A DNA stretch of 64,000 nt. Origin: Deltaproteobacteria bacterium. GTDB taxonomy: Bacteria > Myxococcota_A > Polyangia > Haliangiales > JADYYK01. The position numbers were made by a program, and so were the translations under genes. The notes below the pieces were generated by a model. That model had not been told where the DNA came from. It saw nothing but the letters and a program-made list of their open reading frames with translations, and searched no databases. The stretch is from the NCBI GenBank assembly GCA_020853705.1, contig JADYYK010000079.1, positions 18,572-82,571 on the forward strand, given 5' to 3'. Shown here piece by piece: positions 49,472 to 58,488 of the stretch (within the stretch, counting starts at the first letter, position 1; every line of letters begins with the position of its first letter).

Positions 49472-52400
49472 ATGTCCGAGGACAACCCTCGCAAGCTCAA
49501 GAAGCTCGTCAAAGAGCTGGAGCGTGCGGCGAAGGACGATCCGGGGAACCTCGTCAGCAAGGTCAAGCTGGCGGGGGCGTACCGCGATCTCGGACAGAAG
49601 TCCGACGCCATCAAGCTGTATCGCGAGGTCGCGCACGCCTACGAGGCGCAGGGTCGACGCGCCCAGGCGGTGGCGGTGTGCCGCGGCATCCTGGAGATCG
49701 ATCCGGGCGAGGGCGAGACCCGTGTGCTGCTGTCACGCCTCGAGAGCGAGGCCGCCGCCGAGCCCGCGGGCAGCGGCCTGCCGCTGCCGCTGCTGCCGGG
49801 GACCATGCAGGGCGCGGTGCCGGCGATGCCGCCGCGCCCGGCGTGGCTGCCCAAGACCTCGCGCGGCTTCGCCAGTCCGACGGTGCCGCCGCCGCTGCTG
49901 ACGCCGACGCCGGGGCCGACGCCGCTGCCAGCGCCGTTCCCGCTGGGTGAGGATGATCCGTCGACCTCGGCGGGCAGCCTGTGGCGGATGCCGTCGGAGC
50001 CGCTGATCCTGCGCGGGCCGCCCCCGCCGGTGCAGTCGGGCGAGCCGACCTTCTCGGGGTCGCAGCTGCCGGCGCCGCCCTCGCAGCGCCTGGAGAGCGT
50101 GCTCGAGCAGCCCACCGAGCTGCGCGCGGCCAGCGGTCCGCAGCGCGTGCAGGCGCCGCCGCAGAGCGTGGTCGAGCGCATGCCGCCCGGGCAGGAGGAG
50201 GAGGACGCGCCGACCTTCATGCAGGAGGTCACGCCGCTGCGGCCGGTGGGCGGCGCGCTGGAGTCGCGGCGCTCGCCGCTGAGCGGGCCGTCGTCGCTGC
50301 CGCCGTCGTCGCTGCCGCTGAGCGCGCCGTCGTCGCTGCCGCCGTCATCGCTACCCCCGTCGTCGCTGCCGCTGAGCGCGCCGCCGCTGAACGTGGCGCC
50401 GGCGCAGCTGCACAGCCCGCCGCCGTCGGGGACGCAGCCGATGGCGGTGCCCACGCCGCTGCCGCCGCCGCCGCTGCGGCTCGGCGCGCAGCAGGCGAGC
50501 AGCCCGCCGCCGTCGGTGACGCAGCCGATGGCGGTGCCCACGCCGCTGCCACCGCCGCCGCTGCCCGCGCTGTCTTCGCCGGCGCTGCCGCTGCCGTCGC
50601 CGCCGATGTTGCCGTCGCTGCCGATCCCGTCGCTGTCGTCGCCAGCGCTGCCGCTGCCGTCGCCACCCTCGCTGGGTGGGCGCGACGATCTGGATCTGAT
50701 GGAGACCCACAAGGTCGACCGGCTGGAGGCGGCGGAGCTGTTCCCGCCACGGCAGGGCTGGAGCGAGGACACCAATCCGCGCAGCCTGCAGACCATGACC
50801 GCCGAGGTGGTCAGCGTGGCCGACGCCGACGGCGAGCACACCTCGCCCGGCGCAGAGGCGCCTGCGCACGAGCCCGAGCCCGAGCACGAATACACGCCGG
50901 CGCGCCGCGAGCGGCGCACCCGGCGCATGGGCTCGGTGGCGCCACCGCTGGATCCCGAGATGCCCGCGCTGGCGCCGACGCCGCGCCCGCCGCTGGGCGA
51001 GCGGTTGCCTCCGGCGCGCCCCGAGCCCGCGCTGCCGGCAGCGCCATCGCGCACCCCGGCCACCGGTGCGCGCGCGCTGGCCCCCGAGCCGCGCCCGCAA
51101 GACCCGCGCAGCACCGGCGTGCGTCCCGCCGAGCCGCGCCCGCAAGACCCGCGCAGCACCGGCGTGCGTCCCGCGGAGCCGCGCCCGCAAGACCCGCGCA
51201 GCACCGGCGCGCGTCCCGCGGAGCCGCGCCCGCAAGACCCGCGCAGCACCGGCGTGCGTCCCGCCGAGCCGCGCGCCGCCGCGCCGGCCAGCCCGCGCAC
51301 GCCCGAGCCGCGCGCCGCCGCGCCGGCCAGCCCGCGCACGCCCGAGCCGCGCGCCGCCGCGCCGGCCAGCCCGCGCACGCCCGAGCCGCGCCCATCCGCG
51401 CGCGCGCCGGGCTCGCCGCCGCGCACCAACCTGGAGGCCGCCATCGAGCGCCTCACCGGCCGTCCGCTGCCGCTGCGTCCGCCCGACGCCGCCGCGCCAC
51501 CGCCCGCACGGCCCGCGCCGCCACGGCTCTCGACACCGGCCGAGCTCCCCGGCGAGGCCACCACCCCGGGCTCCGACACCCAGCCCGGCGACACCGGCCC
51601 GGGCTCGCTGCCCACGCCGCCCCCCAGCCGGGGCAACCTCGAGGACGCCACCCGCCCGCGCGCGCCGGTGCCCAAGCGCCCCGACGACCAGCACGGACCG
51701 GAGAACACCCGCGCGGCCTCGCCGATGGCGCGCGACGGCCGGCGTCGCGACGTCGACCTGCTGCCCATGCCGACGCCCTCGGTCGACGACGAGCTGACCC
51801 AGGCCTTCGACGGTCCCTTCGCGCGCCTGGGCGCCGCCGAGGAGGCCCGTGGTCTGGCCATCGTGCTGCCGCTGTTCGAGGAGCTGCCCGCCGAGGCGCA
51901 CGCCGAGATCCTGCGCCGCATGGTGATCCGCCGCGTCGGCCCCGGCACCCTGATCGTGCGCGAGGGTGATCCCGGCGACGCCTGCTATGTCATCGCCTCG
52001 GGTCAGGTCCGCGTCCTCAAGCGCACCCCCGATGGCCGCCGCCTGGTCGAGGTCGCGCGCCTCGCAGACGGCGCGCTGTTCGGCGAGTTCGCGCTGCTGG
52101 CCGATCGCAAGCGCCACGCCTCGGTCGAGGCGCTGACCGACGTCGAGCTGTTCGAGATCCCGCGCCGGCTGCTCGACGAGATCGCGGTCGATCACCCCGG
52201 CGTCGGCGGCGCCCTGGAGCGCTTCTTCCGCGAGCGGCTGCTGTCCTCGCTGGTGGCCACCGCGCCGTTCTTCCGCGCGCTGCCCGCCGAGCAGCGCCCC
52301 GCGCTGGCACAGCTGTTCCACACCCGCCATGTCGAGTCGGGCGAGGTCATCATCCAGGAGGGCGAGAGCGGCGGCGGTCTGTTCCTGGTGGTGCTCGGCG

Positions 52401-52675
52401 GCGTCCAGATCATGAAGCACGGCCCGACCGGCCCGGTGCCGCTGGCGCAGCTGGGCGAGGGCGCCTACTTCGGGGAGATGTCGCTGCTGCGCGGCGGCGT
52501 CGCCTCCGCCACGGTGGTGGCGTCGGACTCGAGCGAGCTGGCCGAGTTGCCGCCGCGCGACTTCTACCAGGTCGTCGCCGCGCACCCGACGCTGTGGGAG
52601 GAGATCCGCCGCGAGGCCGCGCGCCGCGAGCTGGCGACACACCAGATCCTGGCCGGCGAATCCAACGTGGTGTAG
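49472..52675 (+). CDS. TPR - giant Pro-rich repeat region - tandem cyclic-nucleotide-binding domains protein (1067 aa)
   Basis: N-terminal TPR-like helices. ~650 aa Pro/Ser/Ala low-complexity region. Two cNMP-binding domains (GDPGDACYVIASGQVRV...LFGEFALL; GESGGGLFLVVLGGVQI...YFGEMSLL). Confidence 0.85.
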   Translation: MSEDNPRKLKKLVKELERAAKDDPGNLVSKVKLAGAYRDLGQKSDAIKLYREVAHAYEAQGRRAQAVAVCRGILEIDPGEGETRVLLSRLESEAAAEPAGSGLPLPLLPGTMQGAVPAMPPRPAWLPKTSRGFASPTVPPPLLTPTPGPTPLPAPFPLGEDDPSTSAGSLWRMPSEPLILRGPPPPVQSGEPTFSGSQLPAPPSQRLESVLEQPTELRAASGPQRVQAPPQSVVERMPPGQEEEDAPTFMQEVTPLRPVGGALESRRSPLSGPSSLPPSSLPLSAPSSLPPSSLPPSSLPLSAPPLNVAPAQLHSPPPSGTQPMAVPTPLPPPPLRLGAQQASSPPPSVTQPMAVPTPLPPPPLPALSSPALPLPSPPMLPSLPIPSLSSPALPLPSPPSLGGRDDLDLMETHKVDRLEAAELFPPRQGWSEDTNPRSLQTMTAEVVSVADADGEHTSPGAEAPAHEPEPEHEYTPARRERRTRRMGSVAPPLDPEMPALAPTPRPPLGERLPPARPEPALPAAPSRTPATGARALAPEPRPQDPRSTGVRPAEPRPQDPRSTGVRPAEPRPQDPRSTGARPAEPRPQDPRSTGVRPAEPRAAAPASPRTPEPRAAAPASPRTPEPRAAAPASPRTPEPRPSARAPGSPPRTNLEAAIERLTGRPLPLRPPDAAAPPPARPAPPRLSTPAELPGEATTPGSDTQPGDTGPGSLPTPPPSRGNLEDATRPRAPVPKRPDDQHGPENTRAASPMARDGRRRDVDLLPMPTPSVDDELTQAFDGPFARLGAAEEARGLAIVLPLFEELPAEAHAEILRRMVIRRVGPGTLIVREGDPGDACYVIASGQVRVLKRTPDGRRLVEVARLADGALFGEFALLADRKRHASVEALTDVELFEIPRRLLDEIAVDHPGVGGALERFFRERLLSSLVATAPFFRALPAEQRPALAQLFHTRHVESGEVIIQEGESGGGLFLVVLGGVQIMKHGPTGPVPLAQLGEGAYFGEMSLLRGGVASATVVASDSSELAELPPRDFYQVVAAHPTLWEEIRREAARRELATHQILAGESNVV
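50287..50564 (+). repeat. coding repeats: PSSLP-type 15-nt units and a 64-nt duplication (50414-50477 / 50501-50564)
   Basis: CCGTCGTCGCTGCCG units. The two 64-nt copies differ at 2 positions and encode SPPPS(G/V)TQPMAVPTPLPPPPL. Confidence 0.85.
51086..51382 (+). repeat. tandem repeats: 4 x 45 nt (EPRPQDPRSTGVRPA) followed by 3 x 39 nt ([13 protein letters not shown])
   Basis: Units at 51086, 51131, 51176, 51221 (45 nt, near-identical) and 51266, 51305, 51344 (39 nt, identical). In frame, contiguous. Confidence 0.95.
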
Positions 52676-52718
52676 CGGGCCGCCTGAGGCTTCGCGCTGT
52701 GCGCCGCGCGCGCGGAGC

Positions 52719-53711
52719 TCAGCTCCCGGGTACCAGGCCGAGCAGCACGACCGGGCCCTGGGGCACCGGTCCACCACCCGCGGGCTCCAGCGTGATGGCC
52801 AGGGCGTCGGCGCCGTCGCCGAGCAGCGCGGGATCGACGCGCGCGATGGCCTGGCCGCGCTCGCCACCATGCAGCAGGCCGGCGGCCAGCTTGTCCTGGC
52901 CGCGGATGACCCACAGCTCGTAGTCCTTGCCGGCCTCCACCGTCAGCCCGGTGGCCACGATGACGACGCGCCTCTGCGCGAGGTTGACGATGGCGCTGCC
53001 GCCATGCGCGCGGCCCCCCTGCGCGCTCAGCGCCACCACGCGGGTCGACGCGTGCTCCAGCAGCGCCACCGCCTCGTTCTTGAGCGCCACGTCGTCCCGC
53101 ATGGCGTCGAGGTCCCGCCGGCACTCCGCGGTCACGCCGCGCTCGGCGGTCAGCTCGCGATCACGCGTCGCCACCTCGGCGGCGCGGAACGCCGCCAGCT
53201 GCGCGGTCTCGCGCGCCCGCCGCGCGCCCTCCTCGCTGCGCCGCCAGAACAGCAGCGCCAGCGCCGCCGCCAGCGCCGCCACCGCCCACGGTAGCGCCCG
53301 GCCGATCCGTCCGGCCCGCCCGGCCGGCTCGCGCCGCGCGGGACCCGCCGCCGCGCCCACCGCACCGGAGTCCGCCACCGCGCCTGCCGTCGTGCCCGCC
53401 GCACCGGTGCTCGCCACCGCACCTGCCACCACGCCCGCCGCACCTGCCGCCGCGCCCGCCGCACCGGCGCCCGGCGCCGCGCCCAGCTGGGCCTCGATCC
53501 CGGTCCACACCTCGGGGCGCGGCTCGACCGGCGCCAGCGCCGCCCCCAGCGCCGCCGCACCCACGCGGGCACGCGTCAGCGCCGCCACCGCCTCGGGCTG
53601 CGCCTCCAGCGCGGCCTCGAAGCGGGCCCGGTCCTCCGCGGTCAGCGCGTCCAGCGCGTGGCCGGCGGCCAGCTCCTCGAGCTCGTCCTGGCCCAGCGGG
53701 GCGCCGCTCAT
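52719..53711 (-). CDS. anti-sigma factor, RskA-like
   Basis: ATGA overlap with the sigma gene. N-terminal LAAGHALDALTAEDRARFE. Ala/Gly-rich linker, TM LPWAVAALAAALALLFW. C-terminal RskA-type block YELWVIRG...LAITLEPAGG. Confidence 0.8.
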   Translation of the reverse strand: MSGAPLGQDELEELAAGHALDALTAEDRARFEAALEAQPEAVAALTRARVGAAALGAALAPVEPRPEVWTGIEAQLGAAPGAGAAGAAAGAAGVVAGAVASTGAAGTTAGAVADSGAVGAAAGPARREPAGRAGRIGRALPWAVAALAAALALLFWRRSEEGARRARETAQLAAFRAAEVATRDRELTAERGVTAECRRDLDAMRDDVALKNEAVALLEHASTRVVALSAQGGRAHGGSAIVNLAQRRVVIVATGLTVEAGKDYELWVIRGQDKLAAGLLHGGERGQAIARVDPALLGDGADALAITLEPAGGGPVPQGPVVLLGLVPGS

Positions 53712-54355
53712 CGGTCACCCCCGGTGGCGCCGAACACGCTGGCCAGGCGGCCCAGCGCGATGCGGACGCGCGACTTCACGGTGCCCAGCGGAGCGCCGGT
53801 GCGCGCCGCGATCTCGCGCTGGCTCAGCCCCTCGAAGTAGGCCAGCTCGATGGCGGTGCGCTGCTCGGCGGGCAGCTCGCCCAGGGCGGCGGCGATGCGC
53901 TCGCGCAGGCTGCGCTGCTCGACCTCCTCCAGGACGCCTGGCGGCTCGCTGTGTGGCTCGGCGGCGGCGGCGCTGGCGGTGCGCTCGGCGGTGCCCCGGG
54001 CGCGCACGCGATCGATGGCGCGGCTGCGCGCGATGGTCGCGATCCAGACCCCGGCGCTGCCGCGGCTCTGATCATACTGGGCGGCGCGACGCCAGACCTC
54101 GAGGAAGGTGTCCTGCACGACCTCCTCGGCCTCGGCGCGGCTGTGCCTGTCCCCGCTCATGATGCGCAGCGCGATGGCCAGCGCGCGCCCGGCGTGGCGC
54201 TGGTACAGCGTGCGCAACCCGGCGCGCTCCCCGCGCGCCACCGCCGCCAGCACGCGGGCATCCTCGCCGGCCTCCGCGGACGCTCCGGAAGCGGCCTGAC
54301 CCACCCGCAGCGCGAGGAACGTCAGCACCGCCGCTTCATAGCCTGCCCCCAGCAT
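53708..54355 (-). CDS. ECF (sigma-70 family, group 4) RNA polymerase sigma factor
   Basis: Region 2 VVQDTFLEVWRRAAQYD. Region 4 LSQREIAARTGAPLGTVKSRVRIAL. Confidence 0.85.
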   Translation of the reverse strand: MLGAGYEAAVLTFLALRVGQAASGASAEAGEDARVLAAVARGERAGLRTLYQRHAGRALAIALRIMSGDRHSRAEAEEVVQDTFLEVWRRAAQYDQSRGSAGVWIATIARSRAIDRVRARGTAERTASAAAAEPHSEPPGVLEEVEQRSLRERIAAALGELPAEQRTAIELAYFEGLSQREIAARTGAPLGTVKSRVRIALGRLASVFGATGGDR

Positions 54356-54411
54356 CCACGCAATCTACGGCTGCCAGGGCAGATCCGATCACTCCGCCCG
54401 CGCTGGCGGCC

Positions 54412-55326
54412 TCAGACCACCATGGCGCGCAGGCGACGGACCCGCTCCTCGACCGGGGGGTGCGTCGAGAACCACTCCAGGGCCCGGGTCCGCCCCGACA
54501 GCGGGGCCATGATGTACATGTGGGCGGTGGCCGGATCCGCCGTGCGCATGGGCACCCGGCGCGACACCCGGTGCAGCTTGTCCAGCGCGCTGGCCAGCCC
54601 CAGCGGGCTGCCCGCCAGCCGGGCGCCGGTGGCGTCGGCGCCGAACTCGCGGCTGCGTGACACCGCCAGCTGCACGATCACCGCGATCAGCGGCGCAACG
54701 ATCATCAGGGCCAGCGCCGCCAGGGGGCTGGGCCCATCATCGTCGCGGCGGTGACCGCCCAGCAGCGCGCTCCAGCCCGCGATCCGCGCCAGCAGCGACA
54801 CCGCGCCGGCCAGGGTGGCCGCCACCGTCGAGATCAGGATGTCGCGGTTCAGGACATGGCTGAGCTCGTGCGCCAGCACGCCCTCGAGCTCGTCGCGCTC
54901 GAGCAGGTTCAGCAGCCCTTCGGTCACGGCGATGACGGCGTGGCGCGGCCCGCGCCCGGTGGCGAAGGCGTTGGGCGCGTGGTCGGGCACCCAGTAGATC
55001 CGCGGCTTGGGGATCCCGGCCCGGCGCGCCAGCCGGGCCACTGCGGCGTGCACCTCGGGCGCCTCCTCCACCGGCAGCGGTTGCGCGCGGTGCATCGCGA
55101 TCACGATGCGATCGCTGAACCACCAGCCGGCCAGGTTCATGGCCGCCATCACCACCAGGGCGCCCACCGCCCAGCCGGTGCCGCCCAGGGCGCCCGAGAC
55201 CAGCACCACCAGGGCGGTCAGTCCACCCAGCAGCAGCGCGGTGCGGGCGTGATTTGCGCCCACGCCGCTGCCGCGAAGCCACCGGTTGCCCGGTCGTCCA
55301 GCATCGATCGTCGACAGGTTGCGCAT
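54412..55326 (-). CDS. htpX: zinc metalloprotease HtpX (peptidase M48)
   Basis: HELSHV zinc motif. 4 TM layout. C-terminal FSTHPPVEERV motif. Confidence 0.9.
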   Translation of the reverse strand: MRNLSTIDAGRPGNRWLRGSGVGANHARTALLLGGLTALVVLVSGALGGTGWAVGALVVMAAMNLAGWWFSDRIVIAMHRAQPLPVEEAPEVHAAVARLARRAGIPKPRIYWVPDHAPNAFATGRGPRHAVIAVTEGLLNLLERDELEGVLAHELSHVLNRDILISTVAATLAGAVSLLARIAGWSALLGGHRRDDDGPSPLAALALMIVAPLIAVIVQLAVSRSREFGADATGARLAGSPLGLASALDKLHRVSRRVPMRTADPATAHMYIMAPLSGRTRALEWFSTHPPVEERVRRLRAMVV

Positions 55327-55397
55327 GGCGTCAAAGTAAGCAGCCCGACGCGCTCGTCAATCCGCGTAGTCGGCGACGCAGCCCCCGAAAATGACGA

Positions 55398-55418
55398 AGG
55401 GCGCCACCTGGGCGCCCT
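55398..55418 (-). terminator. intrinsic-terminator-like hairpin after the DUF1579-like gene
   Basis: Minus-strand AGGGCGCC-caggt-GGCGCCCT followed by TCGTCATTTTC. 24 nt downstream of the stop. Confidence 0.5.
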
Positions 55419-55441
55419 CCGTGGTGCTGCAATGCGTGATC

Positions 55442-56224
55442 TCAGCCCTTGGGCATGACCGGCGGGGGCACCGGCGCGGCCGGCACCTTCATGCCCTTGA
55501 TCACCGACTCGGTGGTCAGCGTCCAGGCACCCTTGGCGCCCATCTTGACCTCCTGGAGCATCTTCGGCGCCTTGGCGTCGGTCCAGTCCCAGGTGATGCG
55601 GAAGGCCATCGGCTGCCCCATCATGGCGTAGTCACCCTTCGACTCCAGCACGAACTTGGTGCCCTCGAGCTTGCCGGCCATGAACATGGCGCCGCCCATC
55701 GAGTCGGCCCAGGTGCCGCGGTAGCCCTTGGCCATGAAGTCCCAGCCGGTCAGCATGGTGCCGGTCATGGTCATCTTGGACTTGCCCGCAGTCCAGGTGT
55801 CCGAGACGTCGCACTGGACCCACAGCTTGGCGTGGACCCACTTGCACTTGGCGCTGCCCTTGGTCGCCATCTCGGGGGTACCCGGGCCCATCGCGTTGGC
55901 CATCACCTTGCCGGTCCAGCTCATGTTGCCGGCCATGAACGCCAGCGCCATGGTCTCGGGGCCCGGCTTGGGCATCATGGCCGCCATGTCCGGCGCAGCC
56001 GGCGGAGCCGCGGGCGGGGTGGGGGTGGCCGCCTTGGCCTCCGCCTTGGGGGCCGGCGCCCCGGCGGGGGCAGGGGTCTTGGCCGCGGCCGGCGCAGGCG
56101 CAGGCGCAGCCTTGGCCGCCGGAGCCGGGGCCGTCTTGGCGGCGGGCGCGGGCGGCGCACCTGCCGAGGCCAGGCCGGCCAGGGCGGTCAGCGAGATCAC
56201 ACAGCTCAGAAGCTTCATCTTCAT
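55442..56224 (-). CDS. secreted Met-rich protein, DUF1579-like
   Basis: Start at MKMKLLSCVISLTALAGLASA (signal peptide). (AP/AK)-rich linker. C-terminal block TGWDFMAKGYRGTWADSMGG resembling DUF1579. Confidence 0.6.
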   Translation of the reverse strand: MKMKLLSCVISLTALAGLASAGAPPAPAAKTAPAPAAKAAPAPAPAAAKTPAPAGAPAPKAEAKAATPTPPAAPPAAPDMAAMMPKPGPETMALAFMAGNMSWTGKVMANAMGPGTPEMATKGSAKCKWVHAKLWVQCDVSDTWTAGKSKMTMTGTMLTGWDFMAKGYRGTWADSMGGAMFMAGKLEGTKFVLESKGDYAMMGQPMAFRITWDWTDAKAPKMLQEVKMGAKGAWTLTTESVIKGMKVPAAPVPPPVMPKG

Positions 56225-56445
56225 CACAACTCCTCCTCCACAGTTTCGCCCCCGACCGCAGGGCCCATCACGCACGCGACCAGCGCGACCCGGCTTGGCG
56301 AGTCGCGCTGGCGGCGCACATTAGCCGCTGACCGTGACCCTCGCAACCCCTGTGCGCTTGGCCGCAGGTTGGGCTTGCACCGCCGAGGCCGATGAACGAA
56401 AGTCGCGCGGGGCGCTCATCAGGTGAGGCGCAGGGTCCGGGAGAG

Positions 56446-57117
56446 ATGCTGGCGGCGTACCTGTTCTCGCTCATCGTGGGCGGTGGTCTTGTCACCTTCT
56501 CGCTGATCGCGGGAGGCAAGGACAAGTCCATCGACGCCGACGCCGATGGCGATGTCGCCGCCGGTCACGGCACCGATGGCCACACCGGCGGGCACGATCA
56601 CGACCACGACAAGGCGCACGTCAGCGCTGGCGATGCCGCGCTCGCGGTCACTGGCCCCAGGGCGCTGGAGAAGCTCCGTCCGCGCAAGAAGCGCCCATCC
56701 ATCCTCAAGAACAGCCGCTTCTGGACCTACTTCACCGCGTTCGGCGGCCTGACCGGCGCCGCCGTCACCGGCCTGCACATGGCCGGCGAGCCAGTCACCG
56801 GGCTGCTCGCGCTCGGCCTCGGCCTGGCCGCGGGCACCGGCGCCACCGTCGCGCAGCGGGTCATCGGCAAGGAGGGCGTCGGCGGCCTGCCCAGCGCGGC
56901 CGACTACCGCGGCCAGGAGGGCGTCGTCCTCATCCCGGTGTCGAAGGGCGACGACGGCAAGATCCGCCTCAAGGTCGGCGGCACCGCCATCGACCTGCGC
57001 GCCATCACCGAGGAGGACCGGCCCTTCCCGGTGCGCGCCCCCGCCTTCGTCCTCGACGTCACCGCTGACGGCACGGCTCGCATCATCCACCCACCCGACC
57101 GGGAAACCCCGGCCTAG
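56446..57117 (+). CDS. NfeD-like membrane protein with His/Asp-rich loop
   Basis: Start at MLAAYLFSLIVGGG. TM helices. GHGTDGHTGGHDHDHDKAH loop. C-terminal OB-like GQEGVVLIPVSKGDDGKIRLKVGGTAIDLRA. Immediately upstream of the flotillin genes. Confidence 0.6.
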   Translation: MLAAYLFSLIVGGGLVTFSLIAGGKDKSIDADADGDVAAGHGTDGHTGGHDHDHDKAHVSAGDAALAVTGPRALEKLRPRKKRPSILKNSRFWTYFTAFGGLTGAAVTGLHMAGEPVTGLLALGLGLAAGTGATVAQRVIGKEGVGGLPSAADYRGQEGVVLIPVSKGDDGKIRLKVGGTAIDLRAITEEDRPFPVRAPAFVLDVTADGTARIIHPPDRETPA

Positions 57118-57132
57118 GAGGCGACACACACC

Positions 57133-58488
57133 ATGGACCTGTTTGCATTCACCTGGCCACCCTGGGTCACGCCCGAGATCAAGCTGGGCATCATCGCGGG
57201 CAGCGCCACGCTGGGCGTGCTGCTGTTCCTGCTCATGGTCATCAGCTCGCTGCGCCACATCTGCCGGCCCAACGAGGTGCTGATCTTCTCGGGCCGCTCG
57301 CGCACGCTGGCCGACGGCACCAAGGTCGGCTTCCGCGTCGTGTTCGACGGCGGCGCCACGCGCTGGCCCATCGTGGAGCGCATCGATCGCATGGACATGC
57401 GCCTGATGCCCATCGAGCTGCACGTCACCAACGCCTACTCGCGCGGCGGGATCGCGCTGTCGGTGCACGCCATCGCCAACGTCAAGGTGTCGTCGGATCG
57501 CGACCACATCCACAACGCCATCGAGCGCTTCCTGGGCACCCCGCAGGAGCAGATCCGGCGCGTCGCCAAGGAGACCCTGGAGGGGATCTTGCGCCAGGTG
57601 CTGGCGACGCTGACGCCCGAGGAGATCAACGAGAACCGCCTCAAGTTCGCCGACGCCCTGCTGGCCGACGCCGAGGAGGATCTGCAAAAGCTCGGCCTCC
57701 ACCTCGACACCTTGAAGATCCAGCACGTCGCCGACGAGTCGAACTACCTGTCGTCGATCGGCCGCGTGCGCATCGCACAGATCCTGCGTGACGCCTCGAT
57801 CGCCGAGTCGAACGCGCAGAACGAGGCCAACAAGGAGGTCGCCGCGGCCACCGCGCGCGGCGAGATCGCGCGCGCCAACGGCAAGCGCGCCATCGTGCAG
57901 AGCGAGAACGAGCTGCGCCGCCTGCGCGCCGAGCTCGAGGCCCAGGCCAAGTCCGAGGAGGAGCGCTCGCTGGCCGCCGCGCTGACCGCGCGCGCCCAGG
58001 CCGAGCAGGAGCTGCAGGGCGTGCGCGCCCAGGTCGAGCAGGCGCGCCTGCTGGCCGAGGTCGAGATCCCGGCCGAGGCGCAGCGCGTCGCCGCGGCGTC
58101 GATCGCCCGCGGTCAGGCCGCGCCCATCGCCGAGAACGGGGCCGCTGTCGGCCAGGTCCTCGATCTGATGGCCGAGACCTGGAGCAAGGCCGGCCCGCAG
58201 GCGCGCGACATCTTCCTCATCCAGCAGATCGAGCAGCTGGTCGCCGCGGTGGTCGACAGCGTGCGCACCGCGGTCCGCGTGCGGGACGTCAGCCTGATCG
58301 ACGGCGGCGACGGCAAGGCGCTGGCCAACTATGTCGCCAGCTATCCCGAGACGGTGCGCGCGGTGCTGGCCTCGCTCAAGGACAGCATCGGCATCGACAT
58401 CCCGGCCATCCTGTCGACGGCGGGGCAGAAGCAGCTGGGCCAGGGCCAGGGCCAGGGCCAGGGCCAGGGCCAGGGGGTGTCGCGATGA
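57133..58488 (+). CDS. flotillin-like SPFH/band-7 protein with (Gly-Gln)6 tail
   Basis: N-terminal TM. SPFH core (PNEVLIFSG...ANVKV...[21 protein letters not shown]). Ala/Glu/Gln-rich coiled coil. Confidence 0.85.
   Translation: MDLFAFTWPPWVTPEIKLGIIAGSATLGVLLFLLMVISSLRHICRPNEVLIFSGRSRTLADGTKVGFRVVFDGGATRWPIVERIDRMDMRLMPIELHVTNAYSRGGIALSVHAIANVKVSSDRDHIHNAIERFLGTPQEQIRRVAKETLEGILRQVLATLTPEEINENRLKFADALLADAEEDLQKLGLHLDTLKIQHVADESNYLSSIGRVRIAQILRDASIAESNAQNEANKEVAAATARGEIARANGKRAIVQSENELRRLRAELEAQAKSEEERSLAAALTARAQAEQELQGVRAQVEQARLLAEVEIPAEAQRVAAASIARGQAAPIAENGAAVGQVLDLMAETWSKAGPQARDIFLIQQIEQLVAAVVDSVRTAVRVRDVSLIDGGDGKALANYVASYPETVRAVLASLKDSIGIDIPAILSTAGQKQLGQGQGQGQGQGQGVSR
58438..58473 (+). 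repeat. (GGCCAG)6 in-frame repeat encoding (GQ)6
   Basis: Six perfect hexamers just before the stop of the first flotillin gene. Confidence 0.9.

Noticed and set aside
51086-51382. CRISPR-like appearance of regularly spaced repeats
   Set aside because: The units are contiguous with no spacers, are in frame within a long CDS, and no cas genes are present. These are coding tandem repeats.
54358-54378. Sigma-54-like TGGCAG...TTGCG motif (minus strand) upstream of the ECF sigma gene
   Set aside because: The GG-to-GC spacing is two nucleotides longer than the canonical -24/-12 arrangement, and no enhancer-binding protein gene is nearby.
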